DNA of 63,421 bases, filler included, from Licmophora abbreviata (lineage: Eukaryota): NCBI GenBank assembly GCA_900291995.1. It is 11 parts of 11 records of this genome, joined end to end, with 100 filler letters (N's around TTAATTAATTAA, not from the genome) between each part and the next. Parts side by side here need not be neighbours in the genome. Positions count along the whole stretch, not along the records: positions 1 to 11,842 come from OLMU01000211.1; positions 11,943 to 21,792 come from OLMU01000212.1; 9 more parts are not named here. The stretch is one strand, 5' to 3'. Below, in pieces: positions 1-12,179 of the stretch. The position numbers were made by a program, and so were the translations under genes. How positions within the stretch are numbered: the stretch's first letter is position 1; every line of letters starts with the position of its first letter. The notes below the pieces were generated by a model, which made no database searches, was not told where the DNA came from, and saw nothing but the letters and a program-made list of their open reading frames with translations.

Positions 1-204
1 AATGACGAAATGGCGCGCCTGCGAGCATCATCCGCAAAATTTGCGATCAAAAGCGCAAGCAAGAGGACAAGTTGAAAGTCACAAGAACACAAGAAGCCTT
101 GCGATTGCCTCGGCTAAGCGTAAGGAGGCATCTTTTCGTGACTTCTCCAGTGAACCCGAAGCCTTCGCCGCTGTACTCATCAGTCAAAAGGCAGCGCTTC
201 CAAG

Positions 205-2484
205 ATGGCCCCATCGGTGGAAAATAGGAGGGTAGTGACCCCGATTGTCGTTTCACAAGCCGGACAGAATGCACCGCCAACAAAAAAGCAGTCGCCGACT
301 CGGCCTCCCAAGACTTCGATCAAGAGCAGCCTGCGGGTCCATGCACACTCCAATCGAGGTAGAAGTCTAATAGGAGATGGAAAGCAACCATCTGACTCGC
401 ACCGAGCTCGGTCATCGAGCCTGGGGAAGCGATTTGTCTCGTTAGCGCGGAAAAGGAGTCTGACGCCCAGAGACAAACATGGTGAAGGAGCTGACGACGT
501 AATGGATGCCGAGAAAGATCCGGTCATTGATCTACTCGAGGCTCGAAACACGCAGAAGGTTCGCTTTAGTCTCGTCGGGACGCCCAGGGAGAAAGGCGTT
601 CCTACTGGACCAGGATGGGGGGAGACCCCGGATGACGAGAATCCCTCCACATTCAACATCAAGGCCTTCATGAAGCGAAATCTCTTCGGGAAAAGCAACA
701 AGTCCAAAATCTCATCAAACCATGCTTCGAAGGAGTCGTCACAATTGGTATGGGAGAGTCGAGACAGCGCCGAATTCGTACAGAGTTCGACTAGCTCCAA
801 TGGAGCCGGATCTGAATTCACTCTGACGTTCGTAGAGAACCCAGACAAACGCGCCGAGATTACAAAACTGATCAACAAAGGACGTCTTGCTCAGCACTCA
901 TACTTTCGGTACGAGTATGCCGTCAACTGCTTTGTGAAGGCGCTCAACAAACTCAATGACGCCAAGTACCCGGACGAGCATCCTCTCATGCGCAAGACGC
1001 TACGATCGCTCAATAACGCACACCACTCTGTGAGCTCCTTCAATAACTCTGCAAACATCGTCAAGATAGGGATTCGATACGAAGAGTCAGGAGATCTTGT
1101 GCGAGCTCTCAAGATGTATACCATCGCCTATCGCATCCGCCGAGATAATTTGAGTCGCGCACACCCAAGTCTATCAGTGCTGCTCAACATCTTGGCAAGT
1201 ATTCAGGCCAAGCGGGGCGAATTGAAGGAAGCAATGCAAATCTACGAGCTCTCTTTAAAGGATGTACCGGCATGCGGGATTTCGACGACGGAGGAAGAAA
1301 TGGAGCGTGAGCCGACTGGGAGCTTGCTCGTTCGGGCTGTCACTTTTCGTGAGATGGGAGAACTGCAGGAGAAGCTGGGCGACGAATCAATGGCGGTGTC
1401 CATGTACCACAAAAGTCTTGACTGTGCATCGCGGTGGCGTGATGCACATGAGACAATGTCCAAGCAGTCACAGTCACCTCAGGGCTGGGTCAACGACGAC
1501 GACAGCTCGACAGAGCCATTCCCATCGACAGACACGCCTATGTGTTCGCTGCAGAACGTACAGATGGCGCGATCGTTTCAATCGCGTGACGGCATCGATG
1601 GCGAAGTGGGTGAAATGGAGCTTTTTATCGATTCTCCAAACGGTGACGTTGGTCGTGCGGGAGGGGGCACGGTATCAGAGTACTACGACTCTTTCTTTCC
1701 TCCTCATCTTTCCAAGACCATCGAGTCAAGTAGACAAACGCGTAGAGAAGAGGCGACACGCGCCAATACTGAACTTGCTTTGACGCTACATCAGGTTGGG
1801 CAGATGTACCGGCGTCTGACGCAGTACGATCGGGCACTGGACGCCTTCCGCGCTGCACACCGTGGAATGAAGTACTCGTTTGGAGAGAGCAGCCCAAACG
1901 TAGCGGCCGTCCTTGGGAATATTGGGAATCTACAAAAGGAGATGGGACTGTTGGATGACTCTTATCAAACATATCAAGAGGTGCTGTCGATCGAATCGCG
2001 TCGCCTCGGGGTGTCGCATCCTGAAGTCGCAATCTCCTTGCACAACGTAGCCACAATCGAGGCAGCCAGAGGGAACTATGTCCACGCTCTGGCCATTTAC
2101 AAGAAGGTCTTGAATCTGCAGAAGCAGCTTTTTGGTGATCGGCACAACTCCGTCGCTGTTACTACAATATGCATGGGCGATGTTCACGAACGGCTGGGTG
2201 AGCTGAAGAAGGCCGTGGAGTTCTACGAAGACGCGCTCAAAGGGATGACAGCGACACTCGGTCGACATCACATTGAAGTCGCGAGGATGCTTCACAAGAT
2301 GGGGAAAATTTCTGTCCGGCAGGAAGAGTATCATCTTGCAGACTCATTCGTCACCCGTGCTCTTCTTCTGTATCGGCTGAACAAAGTGAGCGCCGACCAC
2401 GAGTGGATCGTGGGCGCGCATCGCCTAGCAGCCGACATTGACGCGGCGATCGCAATGGGGGGAGGAAGGCTTTTCGAATGTTGA
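205..2484 (+). CDS. TPR-repeat protein (kinesin light chain-like TPRs) with disordered N-terminus
   Basis: 759-aa ORF with repeated HPxVAxxLxNIG-type motifs (HPSLSVLLNILA, SPNVAAVLGNIG, HPEVAISLHNVA, HNSVAVTTICMG, HIEVARMLHKMG). Confidence 0.85.
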   Translation: MAPSVENRRVVTPIVVSQAGQNAPPTKKQSPTRPPKTSIKSSLRVHAHSNRGRSLIGDGKQPSDSHRARSSSLGKRFVSLARKRSLTPRDKHGEGADDVMDAEKDPVIDLLEARNTQKVRFSLVGTPREKGVPTGPGWGETPDDENPSTFNIKAFMKRNLFGKSNKSKISSNHASKESSQLVWESRDSAEFVQSSTSSNGAGSEFTLTFVENPDKRAEITKLINKGRLAQHSYFRYEYAVNCFVKALNKLNDAKYPDEHPLMRKTLRSLNNAHHSVSSFNNSANIVKIGIRYEESGDLVRALKMYTIAYRIRRDNLSRAHPSLSVLLNILASIQAKRGELKEAMQIYELSLKDVPACGISTTEEEMEREPTGSLLVRAVTFREMGELQEKLGDESMAVSMYHKSLDCASRWRDAHETMSKQSQSPQGWVNDDDSSTEPFPSTDTPMCSLQNVQMARSFQSRDGIDGEVGEMELFIDSPNGDVGRAGGGTVSEYYDSFFPPHLSKTIESSRQTRREEATRANTELALTLHQVGQMYRRLTQYDRALDAFRAAHRGMKYSFGESSPNVAAVLGNIGNLQKEMGLLDDSYQTYQEVLSIESRRLGVSHPEVAISLHNVATIEAARGNYVHALAIYKKVLNLQKQLFGDRHNSVAVTTICMGDVHERLGELKKAVEFYEDALKGMTATLGRHHIEVARMLHKMGKISVRQEEYHLADSFVTRALLLYRLNKVSADHEWIVGAHRLAADIDAAIAMGGGRLFEC

Positions 2485-2535
2485 GGATGAGCTTTAAGTT
2501 GCACTACATAAAGATAGAAGCATGTGTTGTCTTTT

Positions 2536-3759
2536 TTAGTTCTTGCACCGAAACACCACCTTGTGTCGGATTGACGTTCGTGACTGGTTGCTATCGAACG
2601 CTAGCCCATCCTGGATGTGCGACAAAGGGAACTCAGTCACAGGGGGGCATTGCAATCCTTTGGATAAAACAGCGTTGGAGAGCTCTTCCAACAAGTCGGC
2701 TCGCGCTTCGAATGTATTCTCGACTATCCATCGGCTGTGCCAATAGCCGACTAGCCGAAGATCACTGAATATGAAGTGTGCTGTCGACGTAGTCACTGGT
2801 CTTCGAGACATTCCTCCGTACGTCACCATTGTCCCTCCTTTCGCCAGACACCGCGACACGAGAGAAGCGCTCTCTCCTCCGACTGCGTTGAGTCCTAACT
2901 TAGGGAGCTCATCGGTTGCCGATAAGTCGCGAAGCTCCGATTGAAATTCGTTCAGAGCTTTCTTGTCTACCAAGTCTTCTTCCGCAACGACTTTGGTACA
3001 TCTTCCTTTACCTAACAGATGATCCACTAGCTCCGACCACTTCTCACCAGATCTCTCTCCTCTTCTCACAATACTGACTACCGAGACATCGTGAGCGATC
3101 GCTCCCAGCTGACTGACCATAAATCCAACTCCAGCGTTTCCAGCATTCTGCAGAATGACTTCACCGTACGGGACAGCGACAAAGTCGCGGATTAAACGAA
3201 GGGCAGTCCCTCCTAGTTGAGGTAGCGTTGCAGCTCCAGCGCCCAAGGCATCCTTTAGTTCCATGCCTCGTTCAAGCGGAGTCAGCGAGGTGGCGGGCGC
3301 CCAAAACGACGTTCTAAACGTGCCGAGCCCGGGCGTTCCCACGGTAACCACGTCACCTACGCTCATTGCAGAAGTCTCAGAAGTTGTATGTGTAACAACT
3401 CCCCATCCTTCAGATCCCATGACGATCCTTCCCGGCTTGAATCGACTCATACGAACGTCCGCGATATCGGAGCCAGCGGGTTTCTCTGAAGGAGATGGGT
3501 ACTTACCCTGGACGGAGTTGAGGTCTGCAGGATTCAATGGCGCATGCCACATTTCTACTCGCACCATATCTGAAAGACGACTTGGAAAAGGAGGAGGCTC
3601 GTCGTCCGAGATGCCGATGGAACTTTGAAAGGCAAGAACCGCTGATGGGTCGCCATGCGAAGCAAACGAGACTTCGTGGTAGCATCGTCGCCTCTGCGCC
3701 AGAACGGCCGGTCCATCGGTGCGCAGCCTGACCTGCCGAATCATGAAGATGCGTTTCAT
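2536..3759 (-). CDS. MECR: Mitochondrial trans-2-enoyl-ACP/CoA reductase (MDR family)
   Basis: Motifs APLNPADLNSVQGKYP, GSEGWG, QNAGNAGVG, LGLNAVGG, GGTMVTYGGMS; Arg-rich mitochondrial-type presequence. Confidence 0.9.
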   Translation of the reverse strand: MKRIFMIRQVRLRTDGPAVLAQRRRCYHEVSFASHGDPSAVLAFQSSIGISDDEPPPFPSRLSDMVRVEMWHAPLNPADLNSVQGKYPSPSEKPAGSDIADVRMSRFKPGRIVMGSEGWGVVTHTTSETSAMSVGDVVTVGTPGLGTFRTSFWAPATSLTPLERGMELKDALGAGAATLPQLGGTALRLIRDFVAVPYGEVILQNAGNAGVGFMVSQLGAIAHDVSVVSIVRRGERSGEKWSELVDHLLGKGRCTKVVAEEDLVDKKALNEFQSELRDLSATDELPKLGLNAVGGESASLVSRCLAKGGTMVTYGGMSRRPVTTSTAHFIFSDLRLVGYWHSRWIVENTFEARADLLEELSNAVLSKGLQCPPVTEFPLSHIQDGLAFDSNQSRTSIRHKVVFRCKN

Positions 3760-4252
3760 CGAAACAAGAGGACTTCAGAGTCGATTGGAGGGACTTCATC
3801 TACGAGCATCCACAGCTACAACTGTATACTGATCACTCATCACTCACAAAAGAAGTCTCTACTTCGGGGTTTCACCAGTTTTACAGTTTTAACTTCGCGT
3901 ATCGAAGGCGCGCAAACGGATCACGAGTCCCGAATCGAATGGGTCCCGAGTACGCGAGGTCGGAGGTCTCTAAACAATGCGCGCGCTGAGCGACTGTCAA
4001 CTTCTCAGTAAAAAACATTGGCGACGAATTCAGACTGCACCGCGACGGCTGCCTGCTGTTGAGGATACAACCTTGACTTTGAGCTTCAATCGGCGAGGCT
4101 GCGCCTGATCAATCCTGGATAGACTATGAATCTTCTGCCTTAGCATCGTTAATCTTGCAAGTGAAAGGCAGTTCGTAGAGTCAACTATTTTGGCGATACA
4201 GAATGACAAGAAAAGCATTTGAAATCGCTAGTTTCTACGTTTAATTTGTAGA

Positions 4253-7200
4253 ATGGGAAATGATCAGTCTGGGGAGTCTGGGACTCCAGCAACTTCTCCC
4301 CGCAACATGCAGCAGCAAGATGAGGGAAAACAAAGTATGGGATCCAGCGAGACTTCAGAAAAGTTCTACTCTCCTGATAGGAGTATTCAGCGCTCGGTGT
4401 CGGCAGCAAGCGATGGTCGCTATCGCCGCCCTCAAGCTTCGCCGCGAGATGAACTGCTACAACCGGTAGAGGTGCAGTACGAGAACTCGGGAACAGACCT
4501 ATCGCCTTCAACGGCTCAGCAGTACCGTTCGCCATCTCGGCCAATTGTGGCAGAACAAGTCGAATCCCATCTCACCCATGAGGAGCCCTACTATCGCCCC
4601 CTTCGGCACGATACGCTCGTCAATACGAACTCGGCAGAACCGGAAAACAAGGCTTGGATGGATCCGGTCTTGGCAGCTGCAGCTGCCGGAGCTGCCGCAA
4701 AACAGTCAAAAATCGACGGTCAACGCCCCGATCGACAACATTTGCTGGCTGATGTACTGCCGTTTCGTTTGACTGTGGACGACGAGTGGAGGTCTTCATG
4801 GCAACGCTTCCAGAAGGTTGCCGCGACCACTGCGGGTTCAGTAGCGCACGTGGCGACACCCATGGTTAAGGACGTGGTTGCGGTGATCAAAGACTCTTCT
4901 TCTGGAAACACATCATCGACAAGAGAAATGGTCAACTCCTACCAGACAGCCATGCGAAAGGAGAGTGAGTTTGACGCCCATCGGCTTGACGAGGAGTTGT
5001 ATACTGTGGAAGAGATTTCTGTTGAAGAAGCTACTACACGACCTGTCCAGGATGTTCAGGAGGCTAAAACGTGCAGCGGATTTAAATTTGCGGCAACGAT
5101 TTCAGAGGACTGTGTCACCGCGATGCCAAAAGTTACACCTCGCAAGGAACCTATTGATTTCAACGACATGGAAACGCCAATACGAAAGCACACGGCGCCC
5201 AAAGTAGACATGTCCCCTGGCGCATTTAGTGGGAGCTTTGCTTCCGAGCATGCGGTTGCAGCAGCCCCGTCGACGGATAGTTTCATGTCCCCTGCTACTG
5301 CCGCGACATTTCTCTCTCCGGACCAACCTGCTTCGCCAGGTTCGCTCGCGTCGTCCGGGAAGATTGGCTCGACTGTCAGATCCCCTAAGTCGACCTTTTC
5401 TCCTCGTCGCGTTGTTTTTCGGGATACGGATGGAACCCCATTGGGAAAGTCGAGTCAACTCGTGGAGATGGTATCGAAAAGACTGGTGGAAGATGCGGAG
5501 CATGTTTTGCGACGGGGGAGAAGCAACCGAGCGGACGCTAGTCGTCCAGGAGCGTTGGCACCTCGGAATGCCGAAGAAGATTGGTTGCAGTCACAGACTT
5601 CTTTTGATACGGACAATAGTATTATTGCACGAGAACGGCGACGAGAAGCAGATTTTGGGCTAGGCTCCCCTGTATCGTCGTCAAATCAATCAACTTCTCA
5701 AAGTGGTCTGCCACCTCGACAGTCCGGGGCCCCGCCTTCGCAGATTGTAAATTTGTGGGATATGGTCCCGCAGCAGGACGTCGATTCATCGAGGAAGGTG
5801 GAGCCAGACAAGGAGGTATTACTGGAGAATGCCCCGTCAATTTGGAGGACATCAAAAGAAGGGTCCAAGGCTGGCTCTGAGTCGCACGATGGGTCGTCGT
5901 GTCAAATAGCTTCCGATAGCTTTCCCCGGCTAAAGGTTTCGACGAGCGACGCTGCATCACTTGTTTCCGATACAGAAAGAGTTGCAACGAAGAAAAACTT
6001 CCGACGGCGAAAGCTTTCTCGTAGATCGCGGAGATCCTCGGCTTTTGATCGATCGGTTGCTGACTCAGAGCACTCTTCATTGGTCCTTCGCGAGTCGATG
6101 AGCATGGACCAGCGATCCTTGACCGAACAAGACGAGAGGAGCATACGATCAAGTGCTCGAATCCAACCCGATCTGGTCGATGGAGTATGTCCCACCGAGG
6201 ACAATAGAACCATAGAGACGACTGGACCACTGGATCCTGATATCATGCTTGAGGAGGAGCTGGTAGCCTTCTCATCGCTGACCGACGTAGACTTCTTTGA
6301 CGAGGCGACTGTTGAACCGCTCACAGAAGCGCTCGAATGTCTCGCAACTCTACGCTGGAGACAGCTCAGTGCGAACTGGCGACACGATGAAGTGTTTAAG
6401 GCAATGGTGACTCGACCTTGCTCGCTGCATTTTCGTGAGAGGAATGCAGATCCTCTTGAAAAAAGGGACTGGACAAACTTGTCTTCTGCTACGATGGCAG
6501 GAGCAGGTGAGGCCTCTCCACTGGACCGTCACTTTTGTCCGTCTCGAAACATATCAAAACAGGCTGGTAATCTAAGTGGCTTTGGGCCCTTGCTTTCAAC
6601 GGGCGACCTCCCTACTCTTTCGTCGTTCCTTTCCAAGCTTTCTACCACAAACAACATCCAGCGACGACCTCTCGGCGGACATGTTCTTCAACATGAGCTG
6701 AGAGACGGTGTCGAACGGAACGTATCCGTGCTCATAACGTCTGCGAAGAAGAATCGTGCTGCTTTTTCTGAACTGTTGGCTTCGCTAGCTCGGCATGCAG
6801 GCTTTGGTTCTCGAGAAATATTTGGTGTGACGTTATCAGTGCGCGTCAAATCTGAGCTAGCAATCCTGAGCAAGGCAGATCGGAAGTACCGCGGAGATGT
6901 ATGGCAGGTCAAAGACGTACTGGCAGGACAGGCTATTTTCCTGGATGAAAGCTCTCTTGTCTGCGCGCTCGCCTCCCTCAATGCTAGAAGCTCAGGAAAA
7001 TCAAGATTTCCAACAGAACCGAATGGAAGGTTTGGAAGGGTGCAGATTCGGCGCATCAAAAATTTGTTCAAGAGTGATTCTGAATGGGGACGCCTGCCTA
7101 CTGGTTACAGACATCTGCTAGTTTCTGTTCAATTCGAGGATGGATTCCTTGCCGGTAAGTCAACCTTCGTGCGCTGCATCCACCCATCTGAGTCGAGCGA

Positions 7201-10179
7201 GTCTGACTGGTCTCTTCGCTCTACAATCAAACCTACAGAGATTCAATTCCAACTCGCCCATATGCACCGTGTTCTGGGACCCAAAGGACGAATACTCCAC
7301 CGTGAGATTGTAGAAGTAGAGTCAAGCTGTGTGTTGAGCGGAGATGACGGCTCCTCTACTGTTTCAACCCGTAGCGATGTTGCCCTTCTTCAAAGGATTG
7401 TGCGTCACGGAAAGCAGAGAAGCATCAGTGAAGGGTCTCCTCAAGTTGACCCAATTTCTCGTTCAGCGCCCCCCTCGAAAGCTTCCCGTTCCTCCGAGCG
7501 TGAACAGCTGGACGTCGAGACCGGAGACGCGCTGTCAGGCGGGAGACGAGCTGTACCAGGGACCAGCATAGGTAGTATCGCCGGACTTGCCGCAGATGCC
7601 GTGCAGCAGAAAGAAAATGAAGCTGCTCGAGCGACGGTGGGAGTTGATAGTGAAGAAAAGCAGTCTTCAGAGGAAACTTCCTTTTCCCCTCCGGGGGGCA
7701 TCGCCGCAATCGCTGCATCTGCCGCTCGAAATCCCGGGAAGAACGATGCGGACGAAGCTACCACGGGGGCGGAACCGGAAGAAGAGAGAAAGACTAAGAA
7801 ACCTGCAGTGTCTCCTCCTGGCGGTATCGCCGCACTCGCGGCCGCTGCCGCCCGAAATCGGGACAAAACGGGAAACCACGGGGAGCTAACGATTGTTGAG
7901 GCCGACCGTGTAGACGAGAAGCCGGTCGTACCTTTAGCACCTCCTGCTGGTGGCATCGCTCAGCTTGCCGCTACAGCCGCTCAAATACGAGGCAGGAAGG
8001 AAAAAGAAAGCTCCCACGGGACTTTGGGTGGTGATTCGGAACATATGAAGCCTATCGAACAGTCTTCTGCTTTGCCTGTTGGGGGTATTGCCGCGCTTGC
8101 AGCCGCCGCAGCTAGAAGCAGGACAAGAAAGGCCTCAAACACACCGAAGAGACTGTGGGGGTGGACCCTGAAGACGATCATCGGGCCAAGGAGAATTCAG
8201 CATCTACGGCTGGTGGTATTGCCGCAATCGCGGCAGCTGTCGCTCGCAATAGGAAGATTGAAAGTGGATCGAATCCAGGGAATGCGGCAAGCGAAGATCC
8301 CCCGGAAGATTTGTCGGCTCCAGCTATCGGGGAGATCGCAGCTTCGACCACCCACAGTCGCACGAGCAATACGAACGAGCTCACTGTGCAGAGTTCAGAG
8401 CAAGAAAATAAATCGCCTGCCGATCGGTCGGCCCCGGCTGTTGGTGGCGTAAAGTCTCCATACGAAGATAAGAGCTCTTCAGAGACTCCCTGTGCACAGA
8501 GGCATGATGACAGCATCAACTGGCCGAAGCGAAGAGACCTTATTCGTAGAGCATTGTCTGAAAGTTCTTCAGCAGATATTCTCGTTGGTGTACTCATCGT
8601 GGGGCTAAGGGAAGCTTCTGAAGGTTCACGTCATGTTTCCACCCTTTGTAGTTTGCACTCGTTATGCAGCTTTGCGTTGACTCGTATCGAACGGAGCGCA
8701 CATACTATGAGCGAGGAACGAAAAAAACAGGGATCCGCGCAAGATAATATGAAGGTCGACGACCGTGCTGACATCATGTTCCCCTCATGGATGACCCCAG
8801 AATTTCTTGCGAGAGTGGACAGGAGAGCCTTGCGACGAAGTCTTGTGATAGCCAACCAAGCGGTTTCAATAGGTATGACCGGTTGGTTAGAGTATGGAAT
8901 CAGCAGTTTTCTGGACCGGACCATTGGGCGCCCCCTTGATATACTGGGAATGTTGGCCTGCCACTATGCCCGCTCGAAGGATTGGACCATGGCTGGGGAT
9001 GTGTTGGGGACTCTAGTCCTTCAGTGCGAACAGCACCTACCGCTCTACCACCCGTTGACCTTGACAGCCCTCCTGGATCTGGCCACTACAAAATCCATTT
9101 TGTCGGACGCTAACTCTGCCGTATCACTGGTCCATAGAGCCATGTCTCGGTTTGCATTCTACCTGTCTGAGCGAGAGAACTCGTTTTTGACATTCCGAGA
9201 GAGTCTGAGTGAGGAATCGCAAGATGGACAGGTGCTTCTGGAGGAACACACTGGTTCCGACAATATTGTCATGTTGGAGTCTTTCGTGGCAACGCTTCGA
9301 AATTTGATGCAAAGAGAGTACTTACAAGTCAATACCGATACCCATGGCATCGCTATGCTGAACCACTGTCTGCTAGCAGACTCGCTTTCAGTGCTTGCGA
9401 ACTGTGTTGCGCTGAGCGAAGATGACTGCTCCGTGCTTCTACCATCGACTTATGCCGGCAGCTCTGCCTATTGGTCCGAAGCGTGTCGAGAATATCGGGT
9501 CGCCCTTGAAGGCTTTATCGGGCATGGCCTGGACATGACACATCCAAATGTTGTGACGACATGTTGCGCCATTGCTCGGTGTCTTCGAGAACTCGGCGAT
9601 CAGAATCGCTCTTTGCGTGTCCTCTCGGTGGCGCTTAGCGCAAGAAAGAGCAACCCACCCGCACAACATCCATCTTCCCCGCGCTCGCTCGATCAGGACA
9701 GGCTGCGTTACCTTCCACAGGTCACGTTTGCACCTCCAGGACACGCATTCGAACCTCACGCCAGTACTAAGATGGGACTAGAACAGTCCACAGCTCTTAG
9801 TCTGTGGTCAATGGCCGCTTACACGGTCGAGTCAAGCCCGGACGAACGAGGGCGTATCAGGGCGCTAAGTCTCCTCCACACAGCATCAGAATCTCTCCGA
9901 AGTACACTGAAACACACCAGAGACGTCGACGAGAGTCTCAATCCGTACCCCGTCGCCTGTCTCGAGATGCTGCAAGTAGTCGAAGCAGAAGCCAGCGAGT
10001 TGTTCCAGCCGATTAACACGGTTGGACCAGACAAAGTCGCCGATGCTCTCGGCGTCGAAACAAGTGGTCAACAAGGCGCTTCTATTGGACGCGAAGAGGA
10101 CGAAACTCTTCGATACGTTCGACGCAGGCTCGCAAGCAGACCGTCGACAGGGAAGCGGGCCGAATCTGCTATCGCGTAG
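4253..10179 (+). CDS. Large protein: disordered N-terminus, RelA/SpoT-like nucleotidyltransferase domain, GGIAA repeats, TPR-like C-terminus; one intron and one apparent frameshift
   Basis: ORFs 4253..8452 and 8155..10179 carry the same GGIAA repeat array in different frames; adding one G at 8121-8122 joins them. GTAAGT..CAG intron 7155..7238. Motifs RVKS, KD, GYRH, EIQ. Confidence 0.7.
7570..8350 (+). repeat. Intragenic tandem repeat, about 7 units of roughly 40 aa with core GGIAAxAAxAARN
   Basis: Translated units GSIAGLAADA, GGIAAIAASAARN, GGIAALAAAAARN, GGIAQLAATAA, GGIAALAAAAARS, GGIAAIAAAVARN, GEIAAS. Confidence 0.85.
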
Positions 10180-10371
10180 GGATCGACAACGGAAACGCTA
10201 ACCAAAAGTTAACAGAAATGATAAGCGTTGAAACACTGCTCGACGGCATGTTACTTGCACTAACTAGTACGAAGCTGTCGCAGCATAGTTCTCCAACGGC
10301 ACGGCACTCGACACCACCCACTGGTGATCGGCGCACGTGATGATCGCATGGAGTTTCCAATCGCACCCTTG

Positions 10372-11842
10372 CTATTGGTGTTGAGGACGGGCCCTCCATT
10401 CCTCTTCATACTTAAGAATATGCTTTCGTTTCAAGGGGATCTTCAAAGCTCTTTCCATGATGGTATCCCCGTCGACCTTGTCAGGCAAGTCACGAAAGTA
10501 TGCTAGAATCTCTTCAAAACTCAGTGCCATCAACGTCGGCATGGACTGTTGCAAAAGCGCCAGCATGACACGATAAACAATTTTCCAGCCTTCTCCTAGA
10601 AAGGCGTCCCATACCCGCGTCACCAAGTGGAATGGAAAGGAGCTCGTGTACAGCGTGAGTAGCCACTGCGTCGCGTACATGGTAATGTGAACATTTTCCT
10701 CTTCGAAATGCTTGGCAAGTTTTGGAAGGAACTGGTACGTTAGCTTTTCAGCAACGTAAAGAACGCAGTGCGTTTCTCTCATGCCCTCTCCAAACAACCC
10801 ACGCATACGACATGGTGGGTCATTCATGATGGCTGATGCAAAGGAAGAACGTGTGGAGTTAGCGCAAGACGTCCGCGAGTCGACACGAGCTACCAACTCT
10901 AAAACGTACCAACCAAAAGCCAAAAACTCTCTTCTTCCGACATGAAGGTGAGAAACATCCCGGCGATAAAATTCATGCCTTGACAGTAGCCGACTTCTCG
11001 ATCATAGGCACTGTAGGCCCGTAGCACTCGTCGCAAGGCCGCCTGCCCTCCCTTGCCCCACGGCGCCGAAAGCTCCTGCTTGTCCTCGTCCTGTTTTGAG
11101 ACCGAATGAGGCAGAATCGTCGTTCCATTGTCGTTGCTTCTTCCCTCCATCTCAGCAATAATATCGCGGACTTCAGGATCGTCTAGCACTCCTAGCAAGT
11201 CATCGTCGCTATCGGCACCCGAATCTTCGTGGAACATGCTGTGGCGCGGATAGGTCCGATGAATGTCTCGCTCAATGGTTTCTTGGGTCTGTTTGAAAGA
11301 GCGCGTATGTATCATTCTGTCGTCCGTCTTGCTGTAAGGTTCATAAGAAGGTTGATCTACTGAGCGAGCGCCGCCGTTGCTCCCATTGCGGTCGGAATGC
11401 TCGCCGTCGTCAAAGCTGAGATTCGCCGTCTTGTCTACGAGCTCTTGGTAGAGTCCGACGTGTTCGTCGCTCATTCGTTTCGGCACGTTACCCAGCAATG
11501 GCCAGACAGTGCCTCGGATGGCGTCAGGAACGCCCTTGCGTAGACGCTTGCATAGCAGTCTTCGTCGTTTGGACTTGGTTGTATTCCAGGATTTCATCAT
11601 ACCGTTCCATTTTTTGACACGTCTCTGACTGACTTTGGTCTCGTTTAGTGTAGGAAGCCGTTCCTCGACGAGAACGTCTTCAAAGACGTGTCCGTTCCTA
11701 TCCATATTGACAATGAAACCAAACTTGTCTAGCTTCTTTTCGTTGACGCTGGAAACATCCAATGAACGAGCGTGCCGCACGAAATCTTGATCCTGGGCGT
11801 GGGTAGACGACAGTCCGGAATGCCGCGATGGAATATCCAAAG
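10372..11842 (-). CDS. Rab GTPase-activating TBC-domain protein (5' end interrupted by linker)
   Basis: TBC motifs [43 protein letters not shown]; intron 10833..10909. Confidence 0.92.
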
Positions 11843-11942
11843 NNNNNNNNNNNNNNNNNNNNNNNNNNNNNNNNNNNNNNNNNNNNTTAATTAATTAANN
11901 NNNNNNNNNNNNNNNNNNNNNNNNNNNNNNNNNNNNNNNNNN
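11843..11942. other. Artificial contig/scaffold linker N44-TTAATTAATTAA-N44; same linker at 21793-21892, 26262-26361, 29577-29676, 37067-37166, 43368-43467, 51251-51350, 54545-54644, 58911-59010, 61195-61294
   Basis: Identical 100-nt N-padded spacer with stops in all frames, present ten times. Confidence 0.98.
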
Positions 11943-12179
11943 CCCGTCTTCTTCACATTCTGCCGGCGGGTGCGGGTTCGCACGAAGACCATCATGCGCC
12001 GGCGTGGGTGGGACGGAAAGACGAACGGAAGTGACTGAGTCACGAGTCAGTTCAATCCCGATTGAAGTACGCCGCCAAAAGAAGATCGCGACATTCAACT
12101 CACCATGCTCATGGATCATGGCAGACATAACGACGACGGCAACGACCACTCCTGTCATCGCATTCGAACGTACACGACC

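Noticed and set aside
11843..11942. Recurrent TTAATTAATTAA as a biological repeat or CRISPR-like array
   Set aside because: Always embedded in fixed-length N padding; it is an artificial spacer.
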